Origin: Acutalibacteraceae bacterium
GTDB lineage: Bacteria; Bacillota; Clostridia; Oscillospirales; Acutalibacteraceae
Direction of reading: 5' to 3'
DNA: 64,000 nt
NCBI GenBank assembly: GCA_036309045.1
Contig: JAXJUM010000042.1
Coordinates: 48,744-112,743, forward strand
Within the stretch, counting starts at the first letter, position 1; each line of letters starts with the position of its first letter. The position numbers and the translations under genes were made by a program. The notes below the pieces were generated by a model. It was not told the origin of the DNA. It searched no databases and worked only from the letters and a program-made list of their open reading frames with translations. Below are positions 11,087 through 21,024 of this stretch, piece after piece.

Positions 11087-11112
11087 AACATCGTAGAAAT
11101 ACGGTGTTTTTT
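11087..11112 (+). terminator. Rho-independent terminator after lnu
   Basis: 9-bp stem AACATCGTA/TACGGTGTT (one G-U pair), GAAA loop and a T-run. Confidence 0.6.
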
Positions 11113-11291
11113 GTTACCCAAAACCCCACAATTTCATACATAACCACAGGTTAGTACAAATACCTTGCGTGATTTTTTGATAGGCTTAGCAAGGGTTTTT
11201 TACCCGATTTTCGCCCCCGAGAAATGACAGAAACAAGGCAGTAAGTATCTTCCCTGTGGTTTTTTATTTTCAGACGGAAAGGTGGATTGAT

Positions 11292-11483
11292 ATGCCGAGA
11301 ATGAGCAAGAAACGGAAACAGGAGTGGGCGTTGTTTCTGAATGAAAGAAATCGCATTACCTACAACGAACTTTGCAGAAAGTGCAGTAATGACTGCAAGC
11401 AGAGTTTCCGCTGTATCGTAGTGCTTTGCCCGAAGTATTTATCGAAAAGGAGAACGAAGAACAATGAAGCAGACGGAAAATGA
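11292..11483 (+). CDS. Small cysteine-rich protein (KTR-like)
   Basis: 63 aa (MPRMSKKRKQEWALF...CRKCSNDCKQSFRC) with GAAAGGTGG upstream. Confidence 0.55.
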   Translation: MPRMSKKRKQEWALFLNERNRITYNELCRKCSNDCKQSFRCIVVLCPKYLSKRRTKNNEADGK

Positions 11484-12483
11484 AATGAATGTAAATGTAC
11501 CTCTTGAAGTTATCAAGGCAAGTGAAATCGAACCGAAAGAAGTGAAATGGTTGTGGTATCCGTATATTCCATTCGGCAAGGTTACGCTGTTGCAGGGCGA
11601 TCCGGGCGATGGAAAAAGCAAGTTAATGCTTTCCATTGCCGCCCTGCTTTCAAAGGGAGAAGCCTTACCCTTTACCGATGAAGAAATAGAACCTATGACT
11701 ATCATCTATCAGACAACGGAAGATGATGCAGACGATACGGTAGTACCCCGATTTAACTCTGCCGGTGGGAATGGAGAAAATCTTATCTTCATCAAGGAAG
11801 ATGAAAAGTCTTTATCCTTTGGAGATAACCGTATTGCTGAAGCAATCGAAAAGTATCACGCAAAACTTTTAATTCTTGACCCGATGAGTTCCTATATCGG
11901 AGAGAACTGTTCAATGAACAATGCCAACGAAACAAGGGCAGAGTTTAATCACTTGATTGCAGTTGCAAAAAATACTGGCTGTGCCATCGTGATTATCGCC
12001 CATATGAACAAGATGAGAGATATAAATCCTCTTTATCGCACCAACGGTTCGATTGATATTGCGGGTGCTGCAAGAAGTATTCTTGCAATCACACGCACAC
12101 CGAACAAAGAAGCACCAGCGGAACGATATATGGTGCAAGTGAAATCCAACCTTGCCCCGACAGGCTCGGCAATTCTTTTTGAGGTGGCAGAAAAGGGAGT
12201 GGACTTTATTTCTGAAATGGAAATGACCGCAGAAGAAGCGTTCCAATCCCTTGCCCCTAAAATGGGCAGACCGAACGAAAAGGAAATCAAGGCGAAGGAA
12301 TTTCTTTTGGAAATTCTGAAAGACGGAGAAATGCTTTCTTCGGATTGCGAAGAAAGACTTGAAGCCGCAGGGTTCAAGAAATCGACCATCAAAAAGGCAA
12401 AGAAGAAAGCAGGAGTTATCTCCAAAAAGAAAGGATTTCTGTGGTACTGGTCTTTGCCGATGGGCGATATACCGAGAGAATAA
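11464..12483 (+). CDS. tnpY: RecA-fold AAA ATPase (TnpY-like)
   Basis: Walker A GDPGDGKS and Walker B LLILDP, in the same position as tnpY of Tn4451. Confidence 0.75.
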   Translation: MKQTENEMNVNVPLEVIKASEIEPKEVKWLWYPYIPFGKVTLLQGDPGDGKSKLMLSIAALLSKGEALPFTDEEIEPMTIIYQTTEDDADDTVVPRFNSAGGNGENLIFIKEDEKSLSFGDNRIAEAIEKYHAKLLILDPMSSYIGENCSMNNANETRAEFNHLIAVAKNTGCAIVIIAHMNKMRDINPLYRTNGSIDIAGAARSILAITRTPNKEAPAERYMVQVKSNLAPTGSAILFEVAEKGVDFISEMEMTAEEAFQSLAPKMGRPNEKEIKAKEFLLEILKDGEMLSSDCEERLEAAGFKKSTIKKAKKKAGVISKKKGFLWYWSLPMGDIPRE

Positions 12484-12664
12484 AAGCAGGCTGTCTGATG
12501 GTGGGACAGTCTGTTTTTATGATTGAGGTATCAAAAGGAGGTCAAGGGGGAACACCCTTGCCCACGACATCTTTGCAGACGAAGTCTGAAAGTGTCATAG
12601 TGGGTTACACACATTCAAAGAATGTTGTGTAATGGCTTCGCCCTGCCGAGAAAGGAGAACGAAA

Positions 12665-13930
12665 ATGGCAAAAGACAACAAGGCGGATATGAGTTGTGCA
12701 AGGGTAAAACAGTACACCGCTTCCGATGTGAGTAAGGCAGAAAGGCACAACGAACGCAAGAATGAAACCTACGAAAATATGAACGTGATTGTGGAACGAA
12801 TACCCTTTAATGTGCATTTCAAAAAGCCTACTGCCCCGACCTATATGGAGCAGTTAAAGCAGATGGAAACAGACGGTCAGGTGTCGCTTCGTGGGTTGAG
12901 GAAAGACGCAACTTTGTTTGATGAGATTGTGATTGATGTGAACACGATGTACTTCGAGCGTAACGGTGGCTACGAATACGCAAAGCAGTTTTATGAAGAA
13001 GCCTACCATTTCATTGTAGAAAAATTCGGTGCTGACAATGTTATATCGGCAGTAATGCACGCTGATGAAATCAATATAGCAGCAAGCGAGGAACTGGGAA
13101 AAGAGGTTTACCATTATCATCTTCACGCTATGGTTCTTCCTGTGGTGGAGAAAGAAATTCTATGGAGCAAGCGTTGTAAAGATGAAAAACTGCGAGGAAC
13201 GGTCAAGGAAGTAGTCAATCAGATTAGCCATTCAAAGAAATGGAAATCGGATATTCCGATGACCGATGAAAAAGGAAATCCGTTGTTAAGGAAGAACGGT
13301 AAGCCGATGTTTCGTGCTTCGTATAGCATACTGCAAGATGAATTGTTTAACTATATGACGGAACAAGGGTTCAAAGGCTTTCAGCGTGGCGAATACGGAA
13401 GTACAGCAGAGCATTTGACTTCCCTGCAATATCAAATCCAACAGGACAAAGAGCGATTGGAGAAGTTGCAGAAGCGTATTCAAAAGGAACAGGTTAAGTA
13501 TGAGCCTGCCCGTCATATTTCCAAAACCTTAAACGAGATTGACAGTATGGGGCAGAAAACAATCACAGGTAAAATGGCAATCTCCAAGGAGGATTATTCC
13601 CAACTGACTGCCCTTGCCAAAGAGGGTATTACCAGTCGTGCGGAAATTCACAGTTTGGAGCAGAGTGCGAATTATTACCGACAGAAATATTTTGACAGTG
13701 CAAACGCATTGGAAAGAATGAAAACTAAATACAACGAACTGAAAGAAAAGTGCAGACCTTTTCTTGAAGCGTTAGAGCATTTCCCCGAAGTTGCTAAACT
13801 TTTTACCGAAAAAGTGAAGCAACTTTTTTCTTTTAAGGAAGCACAGGAACGAGCCGAAAAAGAAGCAAGGGAAAAAGAAAGGCAGGAGCGTATCAAGGCA
13901 CGAAGAAACAAGCGAGGTATGGAAAGATAA
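12665..13930 (+). CDS. tnpZ: Mob/Pre (MOBV) relaxase (TnpZ-like)
   Basis: Motifs HNERK and HADE...HYHLHAMVLP, with a coiled-coil C-terminus. Start set at the ATG after AAAGGAGA. Confidence 0.85.
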   Translation: MAKDNKADMSCARVKQYTASDVSKAERHNERKNETYENMNVIVERIPFNVHFKKPTAPTYMEQLKQMETDGQVSLRGLRKDATLFDEIVIDVNTMYFERNGGYEYAKQFYEEAYHFIVEKFGADNVISAVMHADEINIAASEELGKEVYHYHLHAMVLPVVEKEILWSKRCKDEKLRGTVKEVVNQISHSKKWKSDIPMTDEKGNPLLRKNGKPMFRASYSILQDELFNYMTEQGFKGFQRGEYGSTAEHLTSLQYQIQQDKERLEKLQKRIQKEQVKYEPARHISKTLNEIDSMGQKTITGKMAISKEDYSQLTALAKEGITSRAEIHSLEQSANYYRQKYFDSANALERMKTKYNELKEKCRPFLEALEHFPEVAKLFTEKVKQLFSFKEAQERAEKEAREKERQERIKARRNKRGMER

Positions 13931-14052
13931 CCACTTCCATTATACCTACAACTTAATGACTTCTTGATATGTTCTGATGAAATAGGTGCATTTGTGGGGC
14001 GTTCCAAACGGAATGCCCCACAGTCAATTTAGGAAAAGGAGAAAATGACGAT

Positions 14053-14241
14053 ATGAAAGAAAACCCTTTATCTTATACAACACGAATAGGCAAAACAACT
14101 TTTATTGTCAATGTGAAGCAGTCGGAAAGTGCGAAGAAGCCTTTGAATACGGTGTTTCAAGAGATATGCAGACACGAGATGTTAGGAGATTTTTCAGCAG
14201 ATAAATATTTGAATTTAGAAAACTTGCAAAAATCGTCTTGA
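14053..14241 (+). CDS. tnpW: TnpW-like small protein
   Basis: 62 aa and the last gene of the element, as in Tn4451 (RIGKTTFIVNVKQSESAKKP). Confidence 0.6.
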   Translation: MKENPLSYTTRIGKTTFIVNVKQSESAKKPLNTVFQEICRHEMLGDFSADKYLNLENLQKSS

Positions 14242-14243
14242 CA
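14238..14243 (+). promoter_or_regulatory. -35 half (TTGACA) of the circular-joint promoter, at the transposon right end
   Basis: It lies 11 nt before the right-end GA and pairs with TATACT at 7637-7642. Confidence 0.55.
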
Positions 14244-14254
14244 AACTCGCCCCC

Positions 14255-15871
14255 GAAGGTTCAGGTTATCGTCAGAAAACTCGATTCGCAAAATTCTATA
14301 ACTTGCCTGAGCTTATGGCTATGTTTAAAGAAGTTGCAGACATACAAACAGCTGATATGTTAAAGCTACCTGTTCCACAGGCTCACTATCATAATGTTGC
14401 TGTTAAGCCATCTGAATTGCAAAAAGATATGGTCAAAGGACTTGGTGAACGAGCTGAAAAAGTAAGGGCAGGTAGTGTGGACCCAAGCACTGATAATATG
14501 CTGAAAATTACAAACGATGGCAGAAAACTTGCTCTTGACCAGCGAATAATTAACCCAATGTCACCTGACTTTGAGGGCAGTAAGGTTAATGCTTGTGTTG
14601 ATAACATCTACAGAATATGGCAACAAACAGCAGATAAAAAGTCTGCACAGCTTGTTTTCTGTGACTTATCAACTCCAAAAAATGAAACAGAATTTTCAGT
14701 ATATACAGATATTCGCAGAAAGTTAATTGAGCGTGGTGTTCCTGAAAGTGAGGTTTGCTTTATACACGATGCCAATACCGAAGCGAAGAAACAAGAACTG
14801 TTTGCTAAAACCCGAAAAGGTGATGTAAGAGTGTTGCTTGGCTCAACACAAAAGATGGGTGCAGGCACAAATGTTCAGGACAAACTCATTGCATTGCACG
14901 ACCTTGATTGTCCTTGGCGACCTTCAGATTTGGAGCAAAGGTCGGGAAGAATTATCCGTCAGGGTAATGAAAATAAGGAGGTTGAGATATTCCGATATGT
15001 TACGGAGGAAACCTTTGACGCTTATCTTTATCAGCTTGTTGAGGGTAAGCAGAAGTTTTCAGCACAAATTATGACAAGTAAATCTCCTGTCCGTTCTGCT
15101 GAAGATATTGATGAAACAGCACTCTCATACGCAGAGATAAAAATGCTTGCAACAGGAAATCCATACATCAAAGAGAAGATGGATTTGGACATTCAGGTGC
15201 AGAAACTACAACTTTTAAAATCTAACTATTTATCAGAAAAATATGCTCTTGAAGATAAGGTTATAAAGTTTTATCCACAGGAAATTAACCGATTAACTGG
15301 CAGAATTGATTGCTTGAAGTTTGATATGGAACTTGCAAAAAATAATCCTAAATCTACAGCGGATGAGTTTGTCGGTATGAAAATCGGAGATAAGTTTGTA
15401 TCTGATAAAGAGCAAGCTGGCTTGTTATTACTTGAAGCCTGTAAGACGAAAACTCAGTCTGATGCAACACCTCTTGGTGAATATAGAGGCTTTAAGACAG
15501 AGCTGTCTTTTGATAGTTTCTCAAGGGAATACAAGGTTTGTTTGAAAGGCAGATACAGTCACTACGTAACACTTGGTACTGATGTTTATGGTAATATCAC
15601 TCGAATGGATAACACACTTGATGGTATTGCAAAGCAGTTAGAACTTGCAGAAAACGACCTTGAAAATACAAAGACTCAGCTTGAAACGGCAAAGTCAGAA
15701 CTTGATAAACCGTTTTCAAAAGAGGATGAATTAAAACAGAAAACTGCTCGTTTAGCAGAGTTAAATGCTTTGCTTGATGTTGATAAGCGAGATAATGAAA
15801 TTGTTGGTGGTGAACCTGATGAGGGTGATAATCTGCCTGATAAAAACAGAACAAAAGATAAGGAAAGGTGA
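14255..15871 (+). pseudogene. 3-prime part of the interrupted polyvalent gene (SNF2 helicase C-lobe plus coiled-coil tail)
   Basis: The frame is open from the junction (EGSGYRQKTRFAKFYNLPELMAMF). Helicase C motifs are STQKMGAGTNVQ and QRSGRIIRQGN. Confidence 0.85.
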
Positions 15872-15878
15872 TGATAAA

Positions 15879-16205
15879 ATGACAAGTAAAAACTACAAGG
15901 AACTTCTTAAAAAGCGATGTGAGAACGAGTATGACCAGCTTATGGAGGAAATGAAACAGCTTCCCACGGATGTAATAATCAAGCGTTCATATGAAAGAAT
16001 TATCAAGTCTGATATGCTAGCGTGTATTGTTGAGGGCTTCCTCTCTCAGGAAGAGTCAGAGGCTCTTCTTTGTTATGAAAAGCCTCTTGAGTATATCTAC
16101 GCAGAGTGGTTGCACAATAGTCTTTCGTGTCTTGATGTAATGAGAACATCGCTTAATCTTTGTGCAAATGTCGCTGTGAAAGAAATGAAATCACGACGCA
16201 AGTAA
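15879..16205 (+). CDS. DUF3848-like ICE protein
   Basis: Start set at the ATG after GGAAAGGTG. It is a paralogue of the next gene (YAEWL vs YQEWL, KEMK tail). Confidence 0.6.
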   Translation: MTSKNYKELLKKRCENEYDQLMEEMKQLPTDVIIKRSYERIIKSDMLACIVEGFLSQEESEALLCYEKPLEYIYAEWLHNSLSCLDVMRTSLNLCANVAVKEMKSRRK

Positions 16206-16217
16206 AGAAGGTGAACT

Positions 16218-16553
16218 ATGATAAAGAAAGATTACAACACAATTTTGTATGACAAAATGAAAGCTGAACTTGATAAATTTATCGCAGAGTTAAAGACAAA
16301 AACTCCGGAAGAAATTATAGAGTTAGCTTATGAACTTACTATCAAAGAAGATTTACTGTCTATTTTTGAAAATACAGATTTTACACAGGAGGAAGCTAAG
16401 GCTTTAAATAATCAAAAGTACCCGCTTGATTCTTTGTATCAGGAATGGCTTAGCAATGACCTCACATATATGGATCAGTTAAGAGAAACTGTCGATGATA
16501 AAATCAAGTCGGCAGTTAAAGAGATGAAAGAAAAACAGCGTGAAAGTAGGTGA
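16218..16553 (+). CDS. DUF3848-like ICE protein (tandem paralogue)
   Basis: 111 aa sharing its layout with 15879-16205. Confidence 0.6.
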   Translation: MIKKDYNTILYDKMKAELDKFIAELKTKTPEEIIELAYELTIKEDLLSIFENTDFTQEEAKALNNQKYPLDSLYQEWLSNDLTYMDQLRETVDDKIKSAVKEMKEKQRESR

Positions 16554-16558
16554 ACATA

Positions 16559-17524
16559 ATGCCTTATGTTGACCCACAGGCTGTGCTTGAAGCAAGAGAA
16601 ATGGACTTGCTTACATATCTGAAAAACTATGAACCACAGGAACTTGTGAGAGTTTCAGGTGATACTTATTGCACGAGAACTCACGATAGTTTAAAAATAT
16701 CTAATGGCAAATGGATGTGGTGGTCACAGGGATTCGGGGGTTATAATGCCCTCGATTACCTTGTGAAAGTTCGTGGTATGAGCTTTGTAGAAGCTGTTGA
16801 AACTGTGCTTGGCAGACAAGCAGTGAAACCACCTGTGCATATTAAAAATCGTAATAAGTATGAGCCAAAGACACTTCTTTTACCAGACAAAAGTACAACA
16901 AATAGCAAAGTAATAAGCTATCTTTGTAGTAGAGGAATTGACAAAGAAATTGTAAAAGATTGCATCCGCAAAGGGAAAATATTTGAGAGTCTGCCCTATC
17001 ATAATGTGGTGTTTGTAGGCTTTGATAATGAGAATGTTCCTCGATATGCATCGTACAGGTCGGCGAATAAAATCAGGCTGTTAGGCGATTGTTCGGGAAG
17101 TGATAAGCACTATTCTTTCAGGCTTGGTGATGAAAACAGAAGTGAGAATGTACACATCTTTGAATGTGCGATTGACTTACTCTCTTACGCAACTTTGCTT
17201 AAGCAACAGGGCAAGGAATATAAAAAGTCGAGTCTTGTTTCACTTGCAGGAGTGTACTCTCCAAACAAAGATACTAACAAAATTAAAGTGCCTGTAGCTC
17301 TTGAAAAATATCTTACAGAGCATCCTGAAACTAAAAAAATATATATTCATTTTGATAATGACAGAATAGGAAAACAGGCAGCAACAGCACTAAAAAACAA
17401 ACTAAATAACCTATATGAAGTCGTTAATTCTCCGCCACCAAGTGGTAAGGATTTTAATGACTTTCTTTGTTTTAAAAACAAATTTCATAGCAGAAAAATC
17501 ATTGGGAGGAGTGAAGAAAGATAA
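16559..17524 (+). CDS. Toprim-domain primase-like protein (DUF3991-type)
   Basis: The IFECAIDLLSY (Toprim Glu) and IHFDNDRIGKQAA (DxD) motifs are present. Confidence 0.7.
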   Translation: MPYVDPQAVLEAREMDLLTYLKNYEPQELVRVSGDTYCTRTHDSLKISNGKWMWWSQGFGGYNALDYLVKVRGMSFVEAVETVLGRQAVKPPVHIKNRNKYEPKTLLLPDKSTTNSKVISYLCSRGIDKEIVKDCIRKGKIFESLPYHNVVFVGFDNENVPRYASYRSANKIRLLGDCSGSDKHYSFRLGDENRSENVHIFECAIDLLSYATLLKQQGKEYKKSSLVSLAGVYSPNKDTNKIKVPVALEKYLTEHPETKKIYIHFDNDRIGKQAATALKNKLNNLYEVVNSPPPSGKDFNDFLCFKNKFHSRKIIGRSEER

Positions 17525-18267
17525 TGGAAATTAACGTTTATCAGGTTAATTCTGACAGAGATAAGAACCGTGTGTTGTTTATGGATTTACAGCATTTAGA
17601 AAAATATCAGGGTGATCCTGATGTTGATTGTGAGATTTACGATAAGGTGTTTTCTGGTAAGGTTGATTGCAAAACACTTGAAGATGTTTATGTTTTATTT
17701 AACACAAAGCTCGTAGAAAATCATCACGGACACTCACTTTCTGTTTCGGATATTGTAGAGGTGGTTGATGATTCGAATGTCGATGAAGGCTTTTATTTTT
17801 GCAACAACTTTGGATTTACAAGAGTTGAGTTTAGTCCTGAACTTACTACAGACAGGACACATGATGAGCAGATAAAAGTTATTTTAGTGCAGGAAGGAAA
17901 GCTTGCAAAATCAGTAAGCATAGAGAATAAATTGGAGACGATGCAGGAACTTGTCGGTGGTCAAATTGAAGAATATATGCCCTTTGAAGATGAGGTTGCA
18001 ATCATTTGTAACGAGGAAGGTAAGATGTGTGGTTTGCCATTAAACAGAGCTATCTATGCCGAAGATACTAACGAAATGATTGAGATTATCACAGGTGATT
18101 TCTTTATTGCTTATGCTCCTATCGACTCTGAAAAGTTTGAGAGTTTACCAAAGGAGTTAGAGGAAAAATATCTTAAAAGATTTAAGAAACCTGAGAGGTT
18201 TATCAAGCTCAATAATGAGATTAAGGCTATTCCATATACACTAAAGAGTAAAGATTTAGAGAGATAA
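17524..18267 (+). CDS. YodL-like / DUF3846-like ICE protein
   Basis: 247-aa ORF translationally coupled to the upstream gene (ATAATG). The family call is by resemblance only. Confidence 0.5.
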   Translation: MEINVYQVNSDRDKNRVLFMDLQHLEKYQGDPDVDCEIYDKVFSGKVDCKTLEDVYVLFNTKLVENHHGHSLSVSDIVEVVDDSNVDEGFYFCNNFGFTRVEFSPELTTDRTHDEQIKVILVQEGKLAKSVSIENKLETMQELVGGQIEEYMPFEDEVAIICNEEGKMCGLPLNRAIYAEDTNEMIEIITGDFFIAYAPIDSEKFESLPKELEEKYLKRFKKPERFIKLNNEIKAIPYTLKSKDLER

Positions 18268-18398
18268 ATGTAACACTAATAAGGGGAGAAAAGTATCTGT
18301 ACAATCTTAGCAAGCAGACTGTTTGTACTCCCACAGGAGTCACACAGTAAAAGCTTGTTAGGGAGACCCTAAAACCCCGTGAAGAAAGGACTGATTAT

Positions 18399-18545
18399 TT
18401 GAACGGATTTATCATATTTATGCTTGGTTGTATGGTAGGCGGATTTGTTGGAGTAACCGTTATGAGCTTGCTTCAAATTAACCGCATAAATCAGTATGAG
18501 CAGAAAGCAAAGAAAGAAGATGTTACCGATGAGAAAGGGGATTAA
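18399..18545 (+). CDS. Small membrane protein (DUF3789-like)
   Basis: TTG (or ATG at 18420) after GAAAGGA. Product LNGFIIFMLGCMVGGFVGVTVMSLLQ.... Preferred over the 74-aa minus-strand ORF 18369-18593. Confidence 0.45.
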   Translation: MNGFIIFMLGCMVGGFVGVTVMSLLQINRINQYEQKAKKEDVTDEKGD

Positions 18546-18858
18546 AAAACAGTTTTGGTTATCTAAAGAAGAAAGCAGTGAGCTTCGTCGCAAAGCACAA
18601 GCATCGTGCTTAACAGAGTCAGCTTTGATTCGCCATTTGATAATGGGATTTACTCCTAAAGAAAAACCTGACGACAGATTTTATGATGTTATGCGTGAGC
18701 TTTCGTCCATCAGTAATAATATCAATCAGCTTGCGACTAAAGCGAATACTCTGAATTTTATAGATGCACCAATGCTTGAAAAGGAAGTGTTGCGATGGCA
18801 TAAATTTCAGTCTGATGTAGAGCGTACCTTTCTTCAGCCTGACAGGAGCAGTGAGTAG
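18496..18858 (+). CDS. MobC-family relaxosome accessory protein
   Basis: FWLSKEESSELRRKAQASCLTESALIRHLI (ribbon-helix-helix) and INQLATKAN motifs. The real start may be an internal Met at 18520 or 18529. Confidence 0.75.
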   Translation: MSRKQRKKMLPMRKGIKKQFWLSKEESSELRRKAQASCLTESALIRHLIMGFTPKEKPDDRFYDVMRELSSISNNINQLATKANTLNFIDAPMLEKEVLRWHKFQSDVERTFLQPDRSSE

Positions 18859-20234
18859 TGGCAGTTACAAAACTTTGGTCGGTAACTCATAGTTTGAAGC
18901 ACGTTATTGATTACGCAAACGACCCTGAAAAAACTTCTATGAAGAATTTTTCAGAGGAGCAGTATCAAGCTCTTGCAGATGTTTTAACCTATGCTAAAGA
19001 TGAAGAAAAAACTGAGAAAGTATTTTATGCACAAGGGGTAAATTGCAATGTTACCTACGCTCGTGATGAGTTTGTTTATGTAAAAGATTTGTATAACAAA
19101 CAAGGTGGTGTACAAGCCTACCACGGATATATGAGTTTCAGGGAGCAAAACATTACGCCTGAGTTAGCTCAGAAAATCGGGATGGAATTTGCACAGCGAG
19201 TTTGGGGTAAACGATTTCAAGTTGTTGTAACAACGCATCTTAATACAAGACATTTGCATTGTCATTTTGTTATAAACTCTGTTTCTTTTGTTGACGGATA
19301 TAAATTACAGAACAACGAAAAATTGTGGTATAGGTTCAGGCATATAGCCGATGAAATTTGTAAGGAATATGGTTTGTATTATGACCCTAAGCCTGAGCTT
19401 GGAAAGACGAATAATTATCATTATTATCAACTTGAAAAGGCAGGTATGCCTACTCGATATTCACAGTTGCGTGAAGCAATTGATGAAGCAATTTCAAAGA
19501 GTAAAAGTAAAACTCAATTTGCAAAAGAGCTTGATAAACTGGGATACAAATATCAGCTTGACGATAACAGAAAGTATTGGACGATAGTGCCTCTTGGTTT
19601 TAATAAGCCAATCAGACTGAAACGACTTGGCGACAATTACACTAATGAAGCTATCATAAAAAGGTTATATGAAAATTACTATAACCGTAGGTTTAAACCT
19701 TTCCAACCACGAACAGTTGTTATTCGTCAATATAGGTTGCAGACCAGAGAACATAAAATCAAAAAGATTGGTGGACTTTACGGATTGTATCTTCATTATT
19801 GTTATAAGCTCGGATATTTACCTAAATATAAAAAGCAAAACTCAGCCCGACTTCATTATCTGCTCAGGGACGATTTGCTGAAACTGGATAAGATTACTGC
19901 CGAGGTCAGGTTGTTAGGTTTAAATAAAATTCAAACAGAAGAACAGCTTCTGATATACAAAGAAAAAGTGCTTAATCAAATTGAAACTCTTACATCAGAC
20001 AGAACTGAGCTTAGAAAGAAATCAAGAAGAAAACTAAGTAATGAAGAACTCTCAAAAACAAAAGAAGAAATATATCAGATTACTGATAAGCTAAAGGAAC
20101 TTCGTAAAGAAGTTAAACTCTGTGACAGTATCGAGGAAAGGTCAAAGAGTATCCACTCTAATCTTTCACAGGTATTGGCAGACGAAGAAAAAATCAAAGG
20201 AAAGGAGACAAAGATTTATGAACAACAGCGGTGA
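18858..20234 (+). CDS. Relaxase/mobilisation nuclease
   Basis: VTTHLNTRHLHCHFVINSV (histidine triad) with a coiled-coil C-terminus, directly after MobC. Confidence 0.85.
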   Translation: MAVTKLWSVTHSLKHVIDYANDPEKTSMKNFSEEQYQALADVLTYAKDEEKTEKVFYAQGVNCNVTYARDEFVYVKDLYNKQGGVQAYHGYMSFREQNITPELAQKIGMEFAQRVWGKRFQVVVTTHLNTRHLHCHFVINSVSFVDGYKLQNNEKLWYRFRHIADEICKEYGLYYDPKPELGKTNNYHYYQLEKAGMPTRYSQLREAIDEAISKSKSKTQFAKELDKLGYKYQLDDNRKYWTIVPLGFNKPIRLKRLGDNYTNEAIIKRLYENYYNRRFKPFQPRTVVIRQYRLQTREHKIKKIGGLYGLYLHYCYKLGYLPKYKKQNSARLHYLLRDDLLKLDKITAEVRLLGLNKIQTEEQLLIYKEKVLNQIETLTSDRTELRKKSRRKLSNEELSKTKEEIYQITDKLKELRKEVKLCDSIEERSKSIHSNLSQVLADEEKIKGKETKIYEQQR

Positions 20235-21018
20235 TGCAGCAGAGCAGGTTGTGCGATTATCCCTTGAGGGATTTGAAGTAGCCGCAAAGCTGACAGGTTC
20301 AGCGGCGAAAGAAGTTGCTGTTTTACTTATATCTGTTTTAAAACAGGAACACAAAACAAAAGGTAAGGCACGACTTACAAATATGATTAAGTCAGGCAAA
20401 GAACTTAAAGTGTTTTCAATTCAGCAAAAAGATTTAAAACAGTTTGTTCAGCAAGCAAAGCGTTATGGTGTTTTATATAATGTCCTGCGTGACAGAAACT
20501 CCAACAGTTCAAGTGCCGAGGTTGATATTATCGCTCGTGCTGAAGATGCTTCAAAAATACAGAGAATTGTTGAACGCTTTAATATGGGAGCAACTGTTGA
20601 TAAGGCTTCTATCGTAAGCGAAATTGAAAAATCTAAAGCGGAACGTAGTGAAACAGAAATCGAAAGACCAACTAAAACAAAAGGTCAGTTATTGTTAGAA
20701 GAGGCTATGGGTAAAGCGATAAATAAAGACGGGGTTAGCGAAAACCCTATCGTTGCCAAAACGGACAAAGACCCTCCGTTAAGGCAAAACTCAGACCTGA
20801 TATCAGCTGATAAGGGTGGTAGCGTGAAAGAAGCAGATAGACCATCTGTTAGAGAAAAGCTTGAACGATTTAAGGTACAAGCTCAAAAGCGTAAAGAAGC
20901 AGCTGAGCCTGAGAAAACTTCCGGATCTAAGAGTAAATCTAAGAATGGCAAAACTACCCATAAGCAACCAAAGAAGAAAAGATATAAACCTAAACATAGT
21001 AAATCGAAAGTGAGGTAA
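20218..21018 (+). CDS. PcfB-family (DUF3801) protein
   Basis: Start at the ATG after AAAGGAGA. Product MNNSGDAAEQVVRLSLEGFEVAAKLTG... with a Lys-rich tail. Confidence 0.7.
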   Translation: MNNSGDAAEQVVRLSLEGFEVAAKLTGSAAKEVAVLLISVLKQEHKTKGKARLTNMIKSGKELKVFSIQQKDLKQFVQQAKRYGVLYNVLRDRNSNSSSAEVDIIARAEDASKIQRIVERFNMGATVDKASIVSEIEKSKAERSETEIERPTKTKGQLLLEEAMGKAINKDGVSENPIVAKTDKDPPLRQNSDLISADKGGSVKEADRPSVREKLERFKVQAQKRKEAAEPEKTSGSKSKSKNGKTTHKQPKKKRYKPKHSKSKVR

Positions 21019-21024
21019 TAATTT

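Larger units (their letters stand above)
7631..14256 (+). mobile_element. Tn4451/Tn4453-family mobilisable transposon carrying a lincosamide nucleotidyltransferase gene
   Basis: Gene order is tnpX-tnpV-cargo-tnpY-tnpZ-tnpW. A GA dinucleotide sits at both junctions (7631-7632 and 14255-14256). Joining the flanks restores ACA CCT GAA GGT TCA GGT (TPEGSG) in frame in the host gene. Confidence 0.8.

Noticed and set aside
12441-12632. 63-aa + ORF in the tnpY-tnpZ intergenic region
   Set aside because: It spans the tnpY terminator hairpin and has no RBS. In Tn4451-type elements this region more likely holds the oriT (RS_A-like), but I could not define a convincing nick-site repeat by eye.
18369-18593. 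74-aa minus-strand ORF upstream of MobC
   Set aside because: It lies opposite to the operon direction. The + strand encodes a small DUF3789-like membrane peptide with an RBS in the same place.
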